Shown here piece after piece: positions 9,389 through 16,965 of a stretch of DNA of 64,000 nt. Position numbers and translations under genes: made by a program. The notes beneath the pieces are model-generated. The model was not told where the DNA came from. It saw only the letters and a list, made by a program, of their open reading frames with translations, and did not search any database. This DNA is from Actinomycetota bacterium (GTDB lineage: Bacteria > Actinomycetota > UBA4738 > HRBIN12). The stretch spans positions 31,788 to 95,787 of the forward strand of contig DATIWE010000065.1 in NCBI GenBank assembly GCA_035519495.1. Reading direction: 5' to 3'. The stretch's first letter is position 1. Each line of letters starts with the position of its first letter.

Positions 9389-9973
9389 ATGGCGAGTCAA
9401 GAGGTCCAGCAGGACAGCGGCGCGCGGGAGGTGGCCACGCTGATGCCGTGGTGGTTCTTCCTGATCACCGGGGTGGCGTGGATGCTGATCGCGATCGTCG
9501 TGCTGCGGTACAACGTGCATCCCACGACTTCGGTCGCGACGGTAGGGATCTTGATCGGCGCGCTGTTCCTGGTGGCCTGCGTGAACGAGTTCGCGATGAT
9601 CGGGCGCGCCGAAGGGTGGAAGTGGCTGCACGCCGTGCTCGGGGTCGCGTTCGGGCTCGCGGCGCTCTGGGGCTTCTTCCGGCCGATCAACACGTTCTTC
9701 GCGCTCGCATCCGTGATCGGGTTCCTGTTCGTCTTCTGGGGCACGATGATGATCATCGAGAGCGTGATGACCCGCGAGGTCAACCCGATGTGGGGTTTGG
9801 GGCTCGCCACCGGGATCCTCGTCGTGTTCCTCGGCTTCTGGGCCGCCCAGCAGTTCTACCCGGCGCGCGCCGAGCTGATCCTGCTGTGGGTGGGCTTCAT
9901 GGCGCTGTTCCGCGGCATCGGGCAACTCGTGTTGGCGTTCCATGTCCGCCATGTAGATCAGGTGATGGCGTGA
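9389..9973 (+). CDS. HdeD/DUF308-family membrane protein
   Basis: ORF 9389..9973(+), 194 aa. It has six predicted hydrophobic helices, with the W..L.G......G repeat pattern typical of DUF308. SD CGAGGAGGG upstream. Confidence 0.7.
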   Translation: MASQEVQQDSGAREVATLMPWWFFLITGVAWMLIAIVVLRYNVHPTTSVATVGILIGALFLVACVNEFAMIGRAEGWKWLHAVLGVAFGLAALWGFFRPINTFFALASVIGFLFVFWGTMMIIESVMTREVNPMWGLGLATGILVVFLGFWAAQQFYPARAELILLWVGFMALFRGIGQLVLAFHVRHVDQVMA

Positions 9974-11331
9974 GTGACCAGGCGACCCCGGCGGACCCGG
10001 CGGACCTCGCGGCGATCCAAGCGGAGAACGAGCGGCTCAAGCAGGAGGTCGACAAGCTCGAGGCCAAGCCGGCGAAACGGGCCCGCCTGCGCAGGATCTT
10101 CGCCGTCGTCTTCGTCGTCCTCGCCGTCATCGCGTTCTCCGCGTGCACCCCCGGCGTCTGGGCGCGCCGCACCGTCTACAACGAGGATCGCTACATCGCG
10201 GTCGTGGGGCCCCTCGCGGCGCAGCCCGCGATCCAGGAGGCCCTCGCGCGACAGCTCACGACGTCGCTCTTCACGGCGATCGACGTGCAGACCCGCATCC
10301 AAACGGCGCTCACCGAGCGAGCACCGAAGCTCGAGTTCATCGCCGGCCCGATCACGAACGCCCTGCAGGGCTTCGTCCAGGATCAGGTGCAGAAGATCAT
10401 CGCGAGCCCGCAGTTCCAATCATTCTGGGTCGCGGCGAACCGCCAGCTCCACGGCCAGCTGATCGCCGTGTTGAACGGGTCGAGCACGGTGCTGCAGGTC
10501 CAGGGGAACCAGGTGGTCTTCAACTACCTGCCGTTGGTCAACGACGCGTTGCAGCAGCTGTCCGGCACGCTCAGCAGCATCATCGGTCACCAGATCACGA
10601 TCCCTCCGATCACGGCCGACACCGTGCCGAGCCAAGCCATCTCGATGCTCGAGAACTCGCTGGGCGTCACGTTGCCGGCGACGTTCGGCTCCGTCGTGCT
10701 GTTCCAGAGCGACTCGCTCACGTCGATCCAGGACGGGGTGTCCCTGTTCAACCGGCTGCTCCTGCTGGCCGTCGTGCTGTTCGTCGTGTTCGCGACGCTC
10801 GCACTGGTCCTGTCGACGCACCGACGGCGCACGCTGCTGCAGCTGGTGACCGCCCTGATCGTGGTCGAGGTCCTGGAGCGAAGGTTCGCGATCTCAGAGG
10901 CGAGCAACGTCGTGAACCTCGCGAAGCCCGAGAACCAGGCCGCGGTCCAGGCGATCGTGAACGCGTTCCTGAGCTCGCTCCTCCTGGCCACCAAGCGCGT
11001 GCTCTGGGTGCTCTTCATCATCCTGATCGCGGCGCTCCTGAGCGGGCCGTACCCGTGGGCCGTGCGCTTGCGCGCGTGGGTCGTGCAGGTCGGCCGGGCG
11101 GGGGTCGGCGCGGTGCGGGGCGCGGAGGTCGGGCCGGCCGCGGCGTGGATCGGGGCGCATCGGGACCCGCTGATGATGGCGGGCGCCGTCGTGGCGGCCC
11201 TGTTCCTGCTGTTCGCCAGCCTGTCGATCGGCTGGTTCCTGGTGCTCGCCCTGATCCTGGTGGGCTACGAGGTGGCGGTGTACCGGATCGCCGCGGCGAT
11301 GCATGCTGAGGCGCCGGCCCCGGGCGGCTAG
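9970..11331 (+). CDS. Hypothetical membrane protein (N-terminal coiled coil, TM, large ectodomain, C-terminal TM bundle)
   Basis: GTG at 9970 in the frame of ORF 9349..11331(+), with a GTGA overlap onto the HdeD-like stop. The sequence VSDQATPADPADLAAIQAENERLKQEVDKLEAKPAKRARLRRIFAVVFVVLAVIAF... has coding-like GC3. I recognise no family. Confidence 0.65.
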   Translation: MSDQATPADPADLAAIQAENERLKQEVDKLEAKPAKRARLRRIFAVVFVVLAVIAFSACTPGVWARRTVYNEDRYIAVVGPLAAQPAIQEALARQLTTSLFTAIDVQTRIQTALTERAPKLEFIAGPITNALQGFVQDQVQKIIASPQFQSFWVAANRQLHGQLIAVLNGSSTVLQVQGNQVVFNYLPLVNDALQQLSGTLSSIIGHQITIPPITADTVPSQAISMLENSLGVTLPATFGSVVLFQSDSLTSIQDGVSLFNRLLLLAVVLFVVFATLALVLSTHRRRTLLQLVTALIVVEVLERRFAISEASNVVNLAKPENQAAVQAIVNAFLSSLLLATKRVLWVLFIILIAALLSGPYPWAVRLRAWVVQVGRAGVGAVRGAEVGPAAAWIGAHRDPLMMAGAVVAALFLLFASLSIGWFLVLALILVGYEVAVYRIAAAMHAEAPAPGG

Positions 11332-14300
11332 CGCTCCTCGAGCGCCCGCAGATCCGTCACCGCGCCGAGCTCCTCGAAGGTCGCCCGCGCGCGAGCGCGG
11401 GTCGCTCGGGCGTCGTCGGGTCGGTCCAGCGCCGAGAGCGCCGCGGCCACGTCGGCCTCGGTCAAGGCGCGTTCCCAGACGGCGCCGAGCTCGTCGAACC
11501 CGGCGGCCGCCCTCGTGAAGAGTTCCTCGGCGCGGCCGGCGTCGTCGGCGGCGAGCGCGGCGCGACCCTCCAGGCGATCCGCGAACATCGACACGATCAC
11601 GGTGCCGTTCTCCTCCGCCTGCGCCCGCATCTCGGTCGCGAACGCGGCGGCCTCGGGCCACGCCCCGCGAGCCGCCAACCACTCGCTCTCCGCCTCCAGC
11701 GCGTCGCCGCGATGGACCGCCCACCCGTCCGGCTTGCGTATGTGCTTCGCGGCCTCGAGGTCGCCGCGACGCACGAGGAGGCGGAGCAACCCCGGATACA
11801 GGCGGGCGCCCATGTTCGGCAGGCCCAGCAGCAGGTCGGTCAGGCGGTCGGCCTCCACCTGCTCGCCGCGGGCGTGGAAGCAGATCGCCGCGGTCGCGTA
11901 GGCATGCGCCGCGAAGTACGGCGGCTCATCCCGGCGATCGTCCAGCAACGCCCGGACCAGCTCGGACTCGCGCACCGACTCGTCCCACCGACCGATCCGG
12001 AACAGGCTCACGCAGCGCCACGATCGGAGGTGGCTCTCGACGTTTGGAGCCCGTCCCGCCACGAGCGCGATGCCGGCGTCCACCGCCTCGAGGCTCCGCG
12101 GGAAGTCGCCCAACTCGTAGAACGCCCACCCTCCCATGGCATGGAAGTCGCCGATCTCCAGCAGGTCGCTCACGTCGCCGATCACCTGCCTGCGGTCGTG
12201 CCACAGGACCAGCGAACGGGCGTAGTTCCCCACGGCCGCCCACGCGCCCTGCGCGTTGTCGAGCGCCGCGGATGCGAGGTCCGGACGCCCGATCCGCAGC
12301 GCGATCTCCGCCGCCTCCACGCCGGCGGCGGACAGCGTCTCGAGGTCGTCGGTGGTCCTGCGCGGATCGGGGAAGGCGAAGGCCCAGGCGGCCTGGAGCG
12401 AGAGCATCCGGACCCGCTCCTCGGAGTCGCCGGGCGGGAGGTTGCCGAACCCGAGCTCCATCATCTCCCGGGTCTCGGCTTCGCTGGGCACGATCCCGCG
12501 CATGGATCCGGGCCATCGGAGCCGGACATCCGCCGCCTTCGAGGCCAGGTAGGTCACGCGACGTGGGTCCTCGGGCGTCGCGACCGCGCGGGTCCGGGCC
12601 GCCTCCCGGTAGTACCGCCACGCGAGGTCCCCGTCCGCGTTCTGGAAGAACGCGTCGGCCAGCGCCTCGAGGGCATCGGTCCGTTCGAGGTCGGTCGCCG
12701 AGAGCCGGAGCGCTTCCTCCGCGGATCGCGCGGCCTTGCGGGTGACCAATCGGAGCCTCGCGGCGATCGAAGCCCGGATCAGCCAGCGCCACGCCGCGTG
12801 GCGCAGCGCATCGTCCGGAGCGCTCCCGCTCTCGCTCTCGAGCCCGACGGCGGTTGCGTAGTGGTACGCGAGGAGCTCGGCGAACTCGCCAGCCCGTTCG
12901 CCGGACGTGCGCTCGAGCCACCTGGCCACCGAGGTGTGCGCATCGGCCCGGTCCCGACGCGGGAGCGACTCGTACGCGACGTCCCGGGTGAGGATGTGCT
13001 TGAAGAGGTATTCGCGCTGGCCGGCGAGCGCCGACCCGGGCCTCGAGACCACCAGCTCGCGGTCCTCCATGCGCCGGAGCGCGTCGCCGAGCTCGGCCGC
13101 GTCGACGTCGGTCAGCTCGCCCAGCGGACCGATCCAGAAGACCCGGCCGACCACCGAGGCCGCTTGCAGCACCCGCTTGTCCGAGGGGTCGAGCAGGTCG
13201 ATCCTCGAGGCCAGCACCGCCTGCACCGTGTCCGGGATCTCGACCTCGTCGATCCCCGCGGCGGCGACCCAGCGCTCGCCGCTGCGCTGGAGCAGCCCAC
13301 CGTCGATCAGCCGCCGGACGATCTCCTCGAGGTAGAAGGGGTTCCCCTCCGCCCGTTCGAGGATGCGGGCGAGGACCGAGGGTGGCAGGTCGTCCACCGT
13401 GAGCAGCAGCCGAACGAGATGTTCCGCGTCCGCGGCGGAGAGGGGATCCAGCGCGATCGACGACATGTTCCGGCGACCGCCTCCCCAGTCCGGTCGGGTC
13501 GCCGTCAGATCCGGCCGGGACGGGCACAGGAACGTGACCGGACCCTCGACGCGTTCGGCCAACTCGCTCAGGAGGTCGAGGAGCGACGGATCGGCCCAGT
13601 GGATGTCTTCGATCACGACGACGACGGGCCCGGCGAGGGCGAGCGCGGTGAAGAACGACGTCCACGCCCGATGCAGCTCCTCGCGCACCTCCCGCAGATC
13701 CGCGCCCTCGAAGGACACCTCGGGATCGTCCAGGCCGACCGTGTACGCAAGGGCCGCGGTCGCCCGGGTGGGATCGGCCGCGATCTCCTGGGTCAGCAGG
13801 TCTCGCCCGGTCTTCCGCACCTTCTCCACCGCGAGGTCCGGAGGGTCGGTGTCGAGGATGCCGGCATGGCCCTTCAGGATCTCCGCGAGCGGCCAGTACG
13901 TGACGCCGTCGCCGTACGGCAGGCATCGGCCCCGGAGGATCAGCGGTGCGGGATGCACGCGTTCGGCCGCGTCGAGGAACTCGCGTGTGAGCCGGGACTT
14001 GCCGACGCCGGCGTCGCCGTAGAGGGTCACGAGGTGCGGACGACGATCCCGCGACACCCGTTCGTAGACGCTCCGCAACACATCGAGCTCTCCGTCGCGC
14101 CCGACCATCGGGGCGGTGAGACCGGGGACGCCGCGGGACCCCGCCCCGGTCTCCCGGAGCAGGCGGAAGGCACGGACCCGGTCGCGTTTGCCCTTGAGCT
14201 CCAGCTCGCCGTGGTCCTCGAAGGCGAACCCTCGCGCGGAACGGGTGGTTCGCTCCGACACCAGCACGGAGCCCGGGTCCGCGGCCGATTGGAGGCGCGC

Positions 14301-14876
14301 CGCGGCGTTCACGGCGTCTCCGGTCACCATCGCTTCGCCGGGTTCCGGCGCCGTCACGGCGAGCACCTCGCCCGTGTTCACGCCGACGCGGATCTGTAAC
14401 GCGACGTCGTGCGTCGAGCGGAGCTCGACGTTCAGGTCCTCGAGGCGACGGAGCATCCGCAGCGCGGCCCGGAGGGCGCGCGCGGCGTCGTCCTCGTGCG
14501 CGGCGGGGACGCCGAAGGCGGCCATGACGGCATCGCCGATGAACTTCTCGACGGTGCCGCCCTCGGCTTCGATCTCCTGGCGCATCGCCGACGCATAGGC
14601 CTGCATCACCTCGCGGAACCGCTCCGGGTCCAGCCGTTCGCCCAGGGACGTCGATCCGGTGACGTCCGCGAAGACCACCGTGACGAGCTTTCGCTCCTCG
14701 CCGCCGTCGTCGCGTGCGTCCTCCCCGACGGCGACGCCGCAGGCGGGGCAGAAGCTCGCATCGGGCGGCAGCGCCGTGCCGCACGAGCGGCACGCGACGG
14801 CCAGGGAGGTTCCGCACGATGCGCAGAACCGCGCGTCGTCCGCGTTCGCGGCTCCGCACGCAGGGCAGATGACCAC
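11328..14876 (-). CDS. Double zinc-ribbon / class III adenylate-guanylate cyclase / P-loop STAND ATPase / TPR-like protein
   Basis: ORF 11328..14876(-), 1182 aa. Zinc ribbons: CPACG...CASCG and CRSCG...CPACG. Cyclase motifs: VTVVFADVTGST, KFIGDAVMAAFG, GDAVNAAARL. Walker A: LYGDAGVGKSRL. The long helical C-terminal half looks TPR-like. No HTH is visible at the C-terminus. Confidence 0.9.
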   Translation of the reverse strand: MVICPACGAANADDARFCASCGTSLAVACRSCGTALPPDASFCPACGVAVGEDARDDGGEERKLVTVVFADVTGSTSLGERLDPERFREVMQAYASAMRQEIEAEGGTVEKFIGDAVMAAFGVPAAHEDDAARALRAALRMLRRLEDLNVELRSTHDVALQIRVGVNTGEVLAVTAPEPGEAMVTGDAVNAAARLQSAADPGSVLVSERTTRSARGFAFEDHGELELKGKRDRVRAFRLLRETGAGSRGVPGLTAPMVGRDGELDVLRSVYERVSRDRRPHLVTLYGDAGVGKSRLTREFLDAAERVHPAPLILRGRCLPYGDGVTYWPLAEILKGHAGILDTDPPDLAVEKVRKTGRDLLTQEIAADPTRATAALAYTVGLDDPEVSFEGADLREVREELHRAWTSFFTALALAGPVVVVIEDIHWADPSLLDLLSELAERVEGPVTFLCPSRPDLTATRPDWGGGRRNMSSIALDPLSAADAEHLVRLLLTVDDLPPSVLARILERAEGNPFYLEEIVRRLIDGGLLQRSGERWVAAAGIDEVEIPDTVQAVLASRIDLLDPSDKRVLQAASVVGRVFWIGPLGELTDVDAAELGDALRRMEDRELVVSRPGSALAGQREYLFKHILTRDVAYESLPRRDRADAHTSVARWLERTSGERAGEFAELLAYHYATAVGLESESGSAPDDALRHAAWRWLIRASIAARLRLVTRKAARSAEEALRLSATDLERTDALEALADAFFQNADGDLAWRYYREAARTRAVATPEDPRRVTYLASKAADVRLRWPGSMRGIVPSEAETREMMELGFGNLPPGDSEERVRMLSLQAAWAFAFPDPRRTTDDLETLSAAGVEAAEIALRIGRPDLASAALDNAQGAWAAVGNYARSLVLWHDRRQVIGDVSDLLEIGDFHAMGGWAFYELGDFPRSLEAVDAGIALVAGRAPNVESHLRSWRCVSLFRIGRWDESVRESELVRALLDDRRDEPPYFAAHAYATAAICFHARGEQVEADRLTDLLLGLPNMGARLYPGLLRLLVRRGDLEAAKHIRKPDGWAVHRGDALEAESEWLAARGAWPEAAAFATEMRAQAEENGTVIVSMFADRLEGRAALAADDAGRAEELFTRAAAGFDELGAVWERALTEADVAAALSALDRPDDARATRARARATFEELGAVTDLRALEER

Positions 14877-14882
14877 CGACGG

Positions 14883-14888
14883 AGTCTA
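14883..14888 (-). promoter_or_regulatory. Putative -10 box (TAGACT) of leaderless cyclase-STAND gene promoter
   Basis: Plus-strand agtcta is TAGACT on the minus strand, 6 nt upstream of GTG 14876. Confidence 0.4.
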
Positions 14889-14896
14889 GGCGAGGG

Positions 14897-14902
14897 TACG
14901 CT
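14897..14902 (+). promoter_or_regulatory. Putative -10 box (TACGCT) of leaderless yihY-like promoter
   Basis: TACGCT lies 6 nt upstream of GTG 14909. It shares the 32-nt divergent spacer with the previous box. Confidence 0.4.
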
Positions 14903-14908
14903 CACGCG

Positions 14909-15895
14909 GTGACCGACGCGCCGGGGATCGAACCGGGGGCCGAACAGCCGGATCCCGATGCAGAGCCGCGCGGTCGGATCGCCGCCGCGAGGGCGAAGGC
15001 CGAGCAGCTCCAGCACGTCGCGGAGGAGCGGCTCGAACGCGAACGGGCCACGCGGGGCTGGGTCCAGAAGCTGTTCGATGCGTACGAGGCCGACCGGAAC
15101 CGCGGCGGCGGGCTGCTGGCGGGCGGGCTGGCTTACCGGCTGTTCCTGTGGGGACTGCCCGCGACGCTGTTCGTCGTCAGCGTCTTCGGCCAGGCGGCCG
15201 TCGCGGGCGACGAGACCCCCGAGGCGGCGGCGGCGCACCTCGGCCTCGGTGGCGCGGTGGCGACGATGATCACCAAGGCCGCCGCCGACAGCCAGAAGTC
15301 CCCGTGGTTCTTGGCGCTGATCGGCTTCGTCCTGATGATCTGGGCGGGCCGCAGCGCCGCGCGCGCGTTCCGGCTGGTGGCCGAGATCGCGTGGCGCAGA
15401 CGCGAGAGCTTCCGCCCCTCGAGCGTGAAGTCGTCCCTGGCCTTCAGCGCGATCGCGCTCGGCTCGGTCGCCACGCAGGCGGTCAGCGTGACCCTGTTCG
15501 CCGATCGCGCGGCGATCCGCCTCGGCGAGTGGGCGCTGGTGACCGTGCTCTTCGTGGTCCTGGCCGTGTGGATCATGACGGTGCTGCCGCACGGCGGGCG
15601 GAGCTGGATCGCCGTGGTACCGGGAGCGATCACGTTCGTGGTGGCACTCCGAGGCCTGTCCCTCGCGACCGCGATCTACTTCGTCCCGAAGCTCGGTCGG
15701 ATCGAGGACCTGTACGGCGCGCTCGGGTTCGCGATCGTGATCCTCCTGTGGCTCTACGTGATCGCCCGCGTCTACGTCGGGGCGCAGTTCCTGAACGCGA
15801 CGTTCGCCGGCGTCTCCGAGACGCAGATCGTCGGGGTCGGGTCTTTCGACGCGACCGTGACCGACGCGGGCACCGACGAGCGCGGCTCGATCTGA
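14909..15895 (+). CDS. YihY/BrkB-family membrane protein
   Basis: ORF 14909..15895(+), 328 aa: ...RNRGGGLLAGGLAYRLFLWGLPATLFVV... plus multiple TM helices, typical of YihY (formerly RNase BN-like). Confidence 0.8.
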   Translation: MTDAPGIEPGAEQPDPDAEPRGRIAAARAKAEQLQHVAEERLERERATRGWVQKLFDAYEADRNRGGGLLAGGLAYRLFLWGLPATLFVVSVFGQAAVAGDETPEAAAAHLGLGGAVATMITKAAADSQKSPWFLALIGFVLMIWAGRSAARAFRLVAEIAWRRRESFRPSSVKSSLAFSAIALGSVATQAVSVTLFADRAAIRLGEWALVTVLFVVLAVWIMTVLPHGGRSWIAVVPGAITFVVALRGLSLATAIYFVPKLGRIEDLYGALGFAIVILLWLYVIARVYVGAQFLNATFAGVSETQIVGVGSFDATVTDAGTDERGSI

Positions 15896-15897
15896 GC

Positions 15898-16365
15898 TCA
15901 GCCGCTGCCGAGGTTGCAGTTCAACGAGGAGGCGGCCGACTGCAGGTTCGTCCATGCGGTCCCGACCGCCGCCAGCTGGGTCGCCAGCTGGCTCGCGATC
16001 GCGGAGACGCTCTGGCCGCTCGACAGCGTGGTACCAACAGCGGTGAGCGACTGTTTGAGTGCGTCGACCTGCGGTCCCAACTGCGCGGACGCCGAAGCCG
16101 CGAGGGCGTCGAGGTCGCTTTGCACGGTTGCGAGCGCTGACTTGACGCCGTCGGTGCCGGTCTGGACGACGTTGACGTTCAGCAAGCCGTTGACCGAGGT
16201 CTGGAGCGCCGTCAGGTCGCCGCACACGTCCGCGGCGGAGCTGGATGCCGCGCTGGTCGTCGTGGTGGATGTGGTGCTGCTCGAGGAGGTGCAAGCCGCG
16301 GCGCCCACGATAGCCGCGAGCGCGATCAAGGCGAGCATCGTGCGACGGAACGGTTCCCGGATCAT
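15898..16365 (-). CDS. Lipoprotein with Ser/Thr-rich linker and Ala/Leu-rich helical domain
   Basis: Last 155 codons of ORF 15898..17802(-): MIREPFRRTMLALIALAAIVGAAAC (signal peptide plus lipobox), then TSSSSTTSTTTTSAASSS, then a helical domain bracketed by two Cys. Confidence 0.7.
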   Translation of the reverse strand: MIREPFRRTMLALIALAAIVGAAACTSSSSTTSTTTTSAASSSAADVCGDLTALQTSVNGLLNVNVVQTGTDGVKSALATVQSDLDALAASASAQLGPQVDALKQSLTAVGTTLSSGQSVSAIASQLATQLAAVGTAWTNLQSAASSLNCNLGSG

Positions 16366-16374
16366 GCGCTCGGG

Positions 16375-16380
16375 ATGATA
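16375..16380 (-). promoter_or_regulatory. Putative -10 box (TATCAT) of leaderless lipoprotein promoter
   Basis: Plus-strand atgata is TATCAT on the minus strand, 9 nt upstream of ATG 16365. Confidence 0.4.
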
Positions 16381-16429
16381 GCGCCTGCGCGTCGGCACCT
16401 GGCGGCCCGCTCGTGTGGGGGAGCCGGGA

Positions 16430-16458
16430 TTGCGCGGGAACGGACGGGTGCGTAGGAT
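16430..16458 (+). promoter_or_regulatory. Putative sigma-70-type promoter TTGCGC-N17-TAGGAT
   Basis: TTGCGC (16430-16435), 17-nt spacer, TAGGAT (16453-16458). This predicts a 30-nt leader with a G-rich SD (AGGGGGGG) before ATG 16489. Confidence 0.4.
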
Positions 16459-16488
16459 GGCGACCGTTTGCGGAAATAGGGGGGGCAG

Positions 16489-16869
16489 ATGCTGGCGTAT
16501 GACTGGACCTTCGGGTCCGTGCTTTGGGCGATGATCGTCTTCTTCTTCTGGTTCATGCTGATCTGGATGTTCATCGCGGTGTTCGCGGACATCTTCCGGC
16601 GCAACGACCTCAGTGGGTGGGCCAAGGCCGGCTGGGTGCTGCTGATCTTCATCGTTCCCTTGTTGGGGATCCTGATCTACGTGATCGCGCGGCCGAAGAT
16701 GACCGAGCAGGACAAGGAGATGATGGAGCAGGCCCAGGAGGCGCAGCGCCGGGTGGAGGGCTACTCGGCGGCCGACGAGGTCGCGAAGCTCGCGAAGCTG
16801 CGCGACGAGGGCAAGATCACGCCCGAAGAGTACGAGGAGATGAAGAAGCGGGCGATGATGTCGGTCTAG
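16489..16869 (+). CDS. PLDc_N-domain / SHOCT-domain small membrane protein
   Basis: ORF 16489..16869(+), 126 aa. Two TM helices (WAMIVFFFWFMLIWMFIAVFADIF, GWVLLIFIVPLLGILIYVI) followed by a C-terminal SHOCT-like EVAKLAKLRDEGKITPEEYEEMKKR. Confidence 0.8.
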   Translation: MLAYDWTFGSVLWAMIVFFFWFMLIWMFIAVFADIFRRNDLSGWAKAGWVLLIFIVPLLGILIYVIARPKMTEQDKEMMEQAQEAQRRVEGYSAADEVAKLAKLRDEGKITPEEYEEMKKRAMMSV

Positions 16870-16891
16870 CCCGTCACCTCTTCGAGGTGCG

Positions 16892-16926
16892 GAACGGGGC
16901 GGCGCCGAGGAGGCGCCGCCCCGTTC
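16892..16926 (+). terminator. Perfect 15-bp GC-rich hairpin (U-tract-less terminator candidate)
   Basis: GAACGGGGCGGCGCC-gagga-GGCGCCGCCCCGTTC starts 23 nt after the SHOCT gene TAG. The tail is gtgtcgc with no T run. It lies upstream of the valS -10 box. Confidence 0.55.
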
Positions 16927-16953
16927 GTGTCGCGGGGGGGCGAAGGCGGTCCG

Positions 16954-16959
16954 TAGACT
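16954..16959 (+). promoter_or_regulatory. Putative -10 box (TAGACT) of leaderless valS promoter
   Basis: TAGACT lies 6 nt upstream of ATG 16966. No SD is present. Confidence 0.45.
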
Positions 16960-16965
16960 CTGCCC

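Noticed and set aside
11712-14859. Very long ORFs 11712..14399(+) and 11926..14859(-) overlapping the cyclase-STAND gene
   Set aside because: Both are Arg/Pro/Gly-rich and lack domains. The third frame (11328..14876 minus) carries zinc-ribbon, cyclase and Walker motifs. These are GC-driven open frames.
16478-16485. Homopolymeric G runs (also 16934-16940 and 37571-37577), considered as phase-variation tracts
   Set aside because: Runs of 7-8 G are expected in this composition. One is an SD-like leader element and one encodes Pro-Pro in frame. There is no evidence of slippage.
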